Part shown: positions 63,832 through 64,000 of the stretch, one piece after another
Position numbering within the stretch: the first letter of the stretch is position 1
Layout of the letters: each line of letters begins with the position of its first letter
Program-made: the position numbers and the translations under genes
Notes under the pieces: generated by a model
Databases searched by the model: none
What the model was told of the DNA's origin: nothing
What the model saw: only the letters and a program-made list of their open reading frames with translations
DNA from: Candidatus Micrarchaeota archaeon
GTDB taxonomy: Archaea > Micrarchaeota > Micrarchaeia > Micrarchaeales > Micrarchaeaceae
Assembly (NCBI GenBank): GCA_021785805.1
Contig: JAJYEJ010000001.1
Span: forward strand, 1,940-65,939
Length of the DNA stretch: 64,000 nucleotides
Direction of reading: 5' to 3'

Positions 63832-64000
63832 ACTCCAGTCGATGCTGCTGGAGGACACTGCTATCAGATTTCGACAGCCATGCAAGTCAGCTCAACGGCT
63901 TCGTTGGGCGGCGTACGGCTCAGTAACACGTAGTCAATCTACCGTAGAGAGGCGGATAACCTCGGGAAACTGAGGCTAATACACCATAAGCTAGAGCATC
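63832..64000 (+). rRNA. 16S rRNA, 5' end (partial, continues beyond window)
   Basis: actccagtcgatgctgctggaggacactgctatcag...agccatgcaagtc...ggctcagtaacacgt...ggataacctcgggaaactgaggctaatac aligns with the conserved archaeal 16S 5' domain. Confidence 0.9.

Noticed and set aside
63592-63885. A 97-aa minus-strand ORF.
   Set aside because: It overlaps the rRNA leader and the first 50 nt of the 16S rRNA, and has no coding-like features.
1-64000. A CRISPR array search.
   Set aside because: No series of regularly spaced direct repeats of 24-40 bp exists in the window. The only repeats found are the att duplication, the 18-bp arm repeat, the hairpin modules at 56874-57085 and short tandem duplications.

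Overview
Archaeal chromosomal window of about 50% GC, densely packed and mostly housekeeping. I could run no searches, so every product call rests on motifs read from the supplied translations or from my own translation of short regions.

Main content, in order:
- An A-type ATP synthase operon in the unusual order K-E-C-F-A-B-D-(small ORF)-H-I.
- RtcB, thioredoxin, HisRS, CysRS and an ABC-2 transporter.
- A histone, then the exosome/proteasome superoperon: psmA-SBDS-rrp4-rrp41-rrp42-L37ae-(unknown)-rpoP.
- S3Ae, S15, ValRS, Trm56 and gyrB-GNAT-gyrA.
- tRNA-Lys, a VKOR homologue, GluRS, FKBP, geranylgeranyl reductase, SRP54, a DRG GTPase and an Mrp/NBP35 ATPase.
- The 5' end of a 16S rRNA gene.

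Gyrase, a histone, an A-ATPase and a 16S 5' end that deviates from the universal-primer site suggest a DPANN-like (Micrarchaeota-like) or Thermoplasmata-related lineage. That placement is a weak inference.

The most interesting region is 54920-59944.
- It is a roughly 5 kb, AT-richer element integrated into an intron-containing tRNA-Arg(UCU).
- It is bounded by a perfect 35-bp att duplication.
- Its tyrosine integrase ORF reads through att and is split by the integration, which is the SSV-type hallmark.
- Its cargo is a divergent DprA / ComF-like phosphoribosyltransferase gene pair and a GmrSD-like DUF262/DUF1524 nuclease.
- It also holds a roughly 430-bp non-coding block of duplicated hairpin modules and ACTGCA iterons.
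- I recognise no replication, capsid or conjugation gene in it.

Other notable items:
- A single-repeat (half-size) TBP-domain protein.
- A fusion of an HD domain to a bacterial-type PPAT, next to a P-loop kinase.
- A candidate C/D-box sRNA upstream of the histone gene.
- A candidate pseudoknot or switch RNA with its own TATA box.
- An rpoP gene too short for the ORF track.
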